Of a stretch of DNA of 32,000 bases, positions 30,438 to 32,000 are shown piece by piece. Position 1 is the first letter of the stretch, and each line of letters opens with the position of its first letter. The notes beneath the pieces are model-generated. The model ran no database searches. It saw nothing but the letters and a program-made list of their open reading frames with translations, and was not told where the DNA came from. The stretch is from assembly GCF_000015805.1 (NCBI RefSeq), contig NC_009073.1:1080001-1112000 (forward strand), read 5' to 3'. A program made the translations under genes and the position numbers. This stretch comes from Pyrobaculum calidifontis JCM 11548. GTDB taxonomy: Archaea > Thermoproteota > Thermoprotei > Thermoproteales > Thermoproteaceae.

Positions 30438-31241
30438 ATGGATTGGATCGCCGGGCTTGTCCTAGGCGTGGTGCAGGGGGTAGCCGAGTGGTTGCCCATC
30501 AGTAGCAAGACCCAGGTGATGTTCGCCTCCATGTGGCTACTCGGCCTAGACCCCGGCGTCGCATACTCGCTGGGGCTCTTCCTAGAGGCCGCGTCGGTGC
30601 TAGCCGCGTTGATATACTTCCGGCACATCTACGCAACAGCGCTTAGGGGCTTTCTGGGCCATCCAGAGGGAAGGCGCTGGCTGGCCTACTTCGTCATGAC
30701 CACCGCTGTGACGGGGGCCGTGGGAGTCCCGCTGTACGTGGCGGTTAGAAAGTCCATGCCCGCGGGGGCCGCCGGGTGGCTCATGGCCGCGCTGGGGGTT
30801 GCCGTCATGTTAAACGCCTTTCTCCTATCAAGGGCGAAGAGGGCCGCCGGGCTGAAGGACTTTCGGGAGATTACTCTTAGAGACATGGCCCTAGTCGGCC
30901 TCGCCCAGGCAATCGCCGTCCTCCCCGGGGTGAGCAGATCTGGCGCAACCACTACCACGCTACTCCTCCTCGGCTACAAGCCGGAAGAGGCGTTCAAGGC
31001 CTCCTTCGCCCTAGTCCCCATAGCCGGGTTAGGCGCAGCGGTGCTCTCATACGCCGCCGAGGGAGGCGCAGTGGCCACTGCCACTGCGGCGCTGGCCATG
31101 GCGGTGGGCGTGGCGGTTAGCCTAGCCACGATAGAGGCCTTACTCAGATTTGCAAAAAGCGGGAGAGCCGCGCTGGTAAACGCCGTGGTGGGGCTCATCG
31201 CCGTGGCAGGCGGCTTAGCCGCGTTAATTAGACCAGTCTAA
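30438..31241 (+). CDS. uppP: undecaprenyl/polyprenyl-diphosphate phosphatase (UppP/BacA family)
   Basis: Track ORF 30108..31241 trimmed to ATG 30438 (MDWIAGLVLGVVQGVAEWLPISSKTQ). Diagnostic motifs are EWLPISS and PGVSRSGATT. Confidence 0.9.
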   Translation: MDWIAGLVLGVVQGVAEWLPISSKTQVMFASMWLLGLDPGVAYSLGLFLEAASVLAALIYFRHIYATALRGFLGHPEGRRWLAYFVMTTAVTGAVGVPLYVAVRKSMPAGAAGWLMAALGVAVMLNAFLLSRAKRAAGLKDFREITLRDMALVGLAQAIAVLPGVSRSGATTTTLLLLGYKPEEAFKASFALVPIAGLGAAVLSYAAEGGAVATATAALAMAVGVAVSLATIEALLRFAKSGRAALVNAVVGLIAVAGGLAALIRPV

Positions 31242-31324
31242 AAAACTGCATGAACAATTAAACCCTTGCGACGCCGAGATTTTAGACTGGGCAAAGTTTT
31301 TATCTAGAAGTCGGCTCTTCTTCA

Positions 31325-32000
31325 ATGGGTTGGAACGTCTTGGGGCCCGCCACCGTCGTCTCCGTGGCGTATGTAGATCCGGGGAACTTTGGGGCCAACA
31401 TAGAGGCTGGGATGAGGTTTGGCCTTTCCCTGCTCTGGGTGGTGTGGCTCAGCGGCGCGTTGAGCGTGGTGGTGCAGTACGCCGCGGGCATGGTGGGGGT
31501 CAGGAAGGGGGCTGGTATCTTCGACCTAGTGGGGAGGAGGTGGGTCGCGGCGCCGGTGGGGGTGGCCGTGGTCTTGGCCACGGACATGGCCGAGTACATG
31601 GGGGTGGTCCTGGGGTTGCACTTCCTATTCGGCCTGCCCTACGAGGCCGCCGCCGTGGTGGGCTTTGCCGATGTGGCTCTGCTCGCCGCGCTCGCCGACA
31701 GGAGGAGCCTCTTCGTGAAAGTGATAGGCGCGATGGTGGCGGCCATAGCCGTGAGCTTCCTCGTAGAGCTCTACTTGGTCAAGCCCGACTGGGCCGCCGT
31801 CCTGCGGTACTCGGTGACTCCAACGCTCAGCGGCGAGGAGGCGCTGGTGGCCGCCGCCATCGTCGGCGCGACCATCATGCCGCACGCAGTTGTGCTCCAC
31901 AGCCACTTGGCGGTGGGCCAGAGGCGGGAGGAACACCTGCGGCAGACCGTGGTCAACCTGCTCGGGGTCGCGGCCATAAACGCCTCAATCCTAATCTCCA
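31325..32000 (+). CDS. mntH: NRAMP-family divalent metal transporter (MntH-like), 5' part; continues past the window end
   Basis: Absent from the ORF track because no stop is reached. My own translation from ATG 31325 gives MGWNVLGPATVVSVAYVDPGNFGANIEAGMRFGLSLLWVV...AAIVGATIMPHAVVLHSHL..., with the NRAMP DPGN and MPH motifs. TTTTTATC at 31297-31304 lies about 27 nt upstream. Confidence 0.85.
   Translation, partial: MGWNVLGPATVVSVAYVDPGNFGANIEAGMRFGLSLLWVVWLSGALSVVVQYAAGMVGVRKGAGIFDLVGRRWVAAPVGVAVVLATDMAEYMGVVLGLHFLFGLPYEAAAVVGFADVALLAALADRRSLFVKVIGAMVAAIAVSFLVELYLVKPDWAAVLRYSVTPTLSGEEALVAAAIVGATIMPHAVVLHSHLAVGQRREEHLRQTVVNLLGVAAINASILIS

Noticed and set aside
31300-31977. Three minus-strand ORFs (31300..31599, 31625..31936, 31771..31977)
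   Set aside because: The plus strand encodes an NRAMP transporter here, with DPGN and MPH motifs. It is missing from the track only because it has no stop inside the window. The minus-strand ORFs are its shadows.
1-32000. Search for CRISPR arrays, transposases, integrases, toxin-antitoxin pairs or known defence genes
   Set aside because: I saw no regularly spaced direct repeats, no integrase, transposase or Cas-like motifs, and no compositional island other than the short AT-rich stretch at 7981-8101. The window reads as core chromosome.

Overview
This is a GC-rich, very gene-dense archaeal chromosome segment. I call about 45 protein genes, one tRNA and 3-4 candidate C/D box sRNAs, with almost no non-coding DNA. 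Several signatures point to a Thermoproteales crenarchaeon of the Pyrobaculum/Thermoproteus type. A/T-rich TATA-like boxes sit about 21-27 nt upstream of start codons, with no Shine-Dalgarno sequences, which implies leaderless mRNAs. GTG and TTG starts are common. Same-strand genes often overlap by 4 nt (ATGA/GTGA), and convergent genes often overlap at their 3' ends. The tRNA carries insertions at non-canonical intron positions. There is also a DUF973-like membrane protein and an aKMT-like lysine methyltransferase. Most content is housekeeping:
- Translation: MetRS, a stand-alone tRNA-binding domain, ribosomal proteins S15 and S3Ae, deoxyhypusine synthase, Rio1 kinase, a KH/Dim2-like protein, a CDKAL1-type methylthiotransferase and a Pcc1-like protein.
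- Polyprenyl/glycan carrier metabolism: UppS, a VTT/DedA-superfamily protein, a GT4 phosphosugar transferase and UppP.
- Cofactors and metabolism: two MoeA paralogs, FolP and IorAB.
- Regulators and transport: Lrp plus a stand-alone RAM domain, and an NRAMP transporter.

I found no CRISPR array, transposase, integrase or recognisable defence island. The items most worth follow-up are:
1. A complete Ras-like small GTPase, translationally coupled to an unannotated 47-codon ORF and to a 273-aa wHTH/degenerate-Rossmann partner.
2. A protein with a Cys-rich N-terminus and a bactofilin-like beta-helix repeat.
3. Candidate C/D box sRNAs, including a tandem pair.
4. A tRNA-Asn with two non-canonical introns.
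5. A quantised geometry of divergent leaderless promoters: one shared central TATA for 40-47 nt gaps, and two interleaved TATAs for exactly 34 nt gaps.
6. A translationally coupled uppS and VTT-domain gene pair.
7. An aKMT-like methyltransferase fused to an HTH-like tail and coupled to deoxyhypusine synthase.

All family assignments come from motif recognition by eye. No database search, structure prediction or folding calculation was run.
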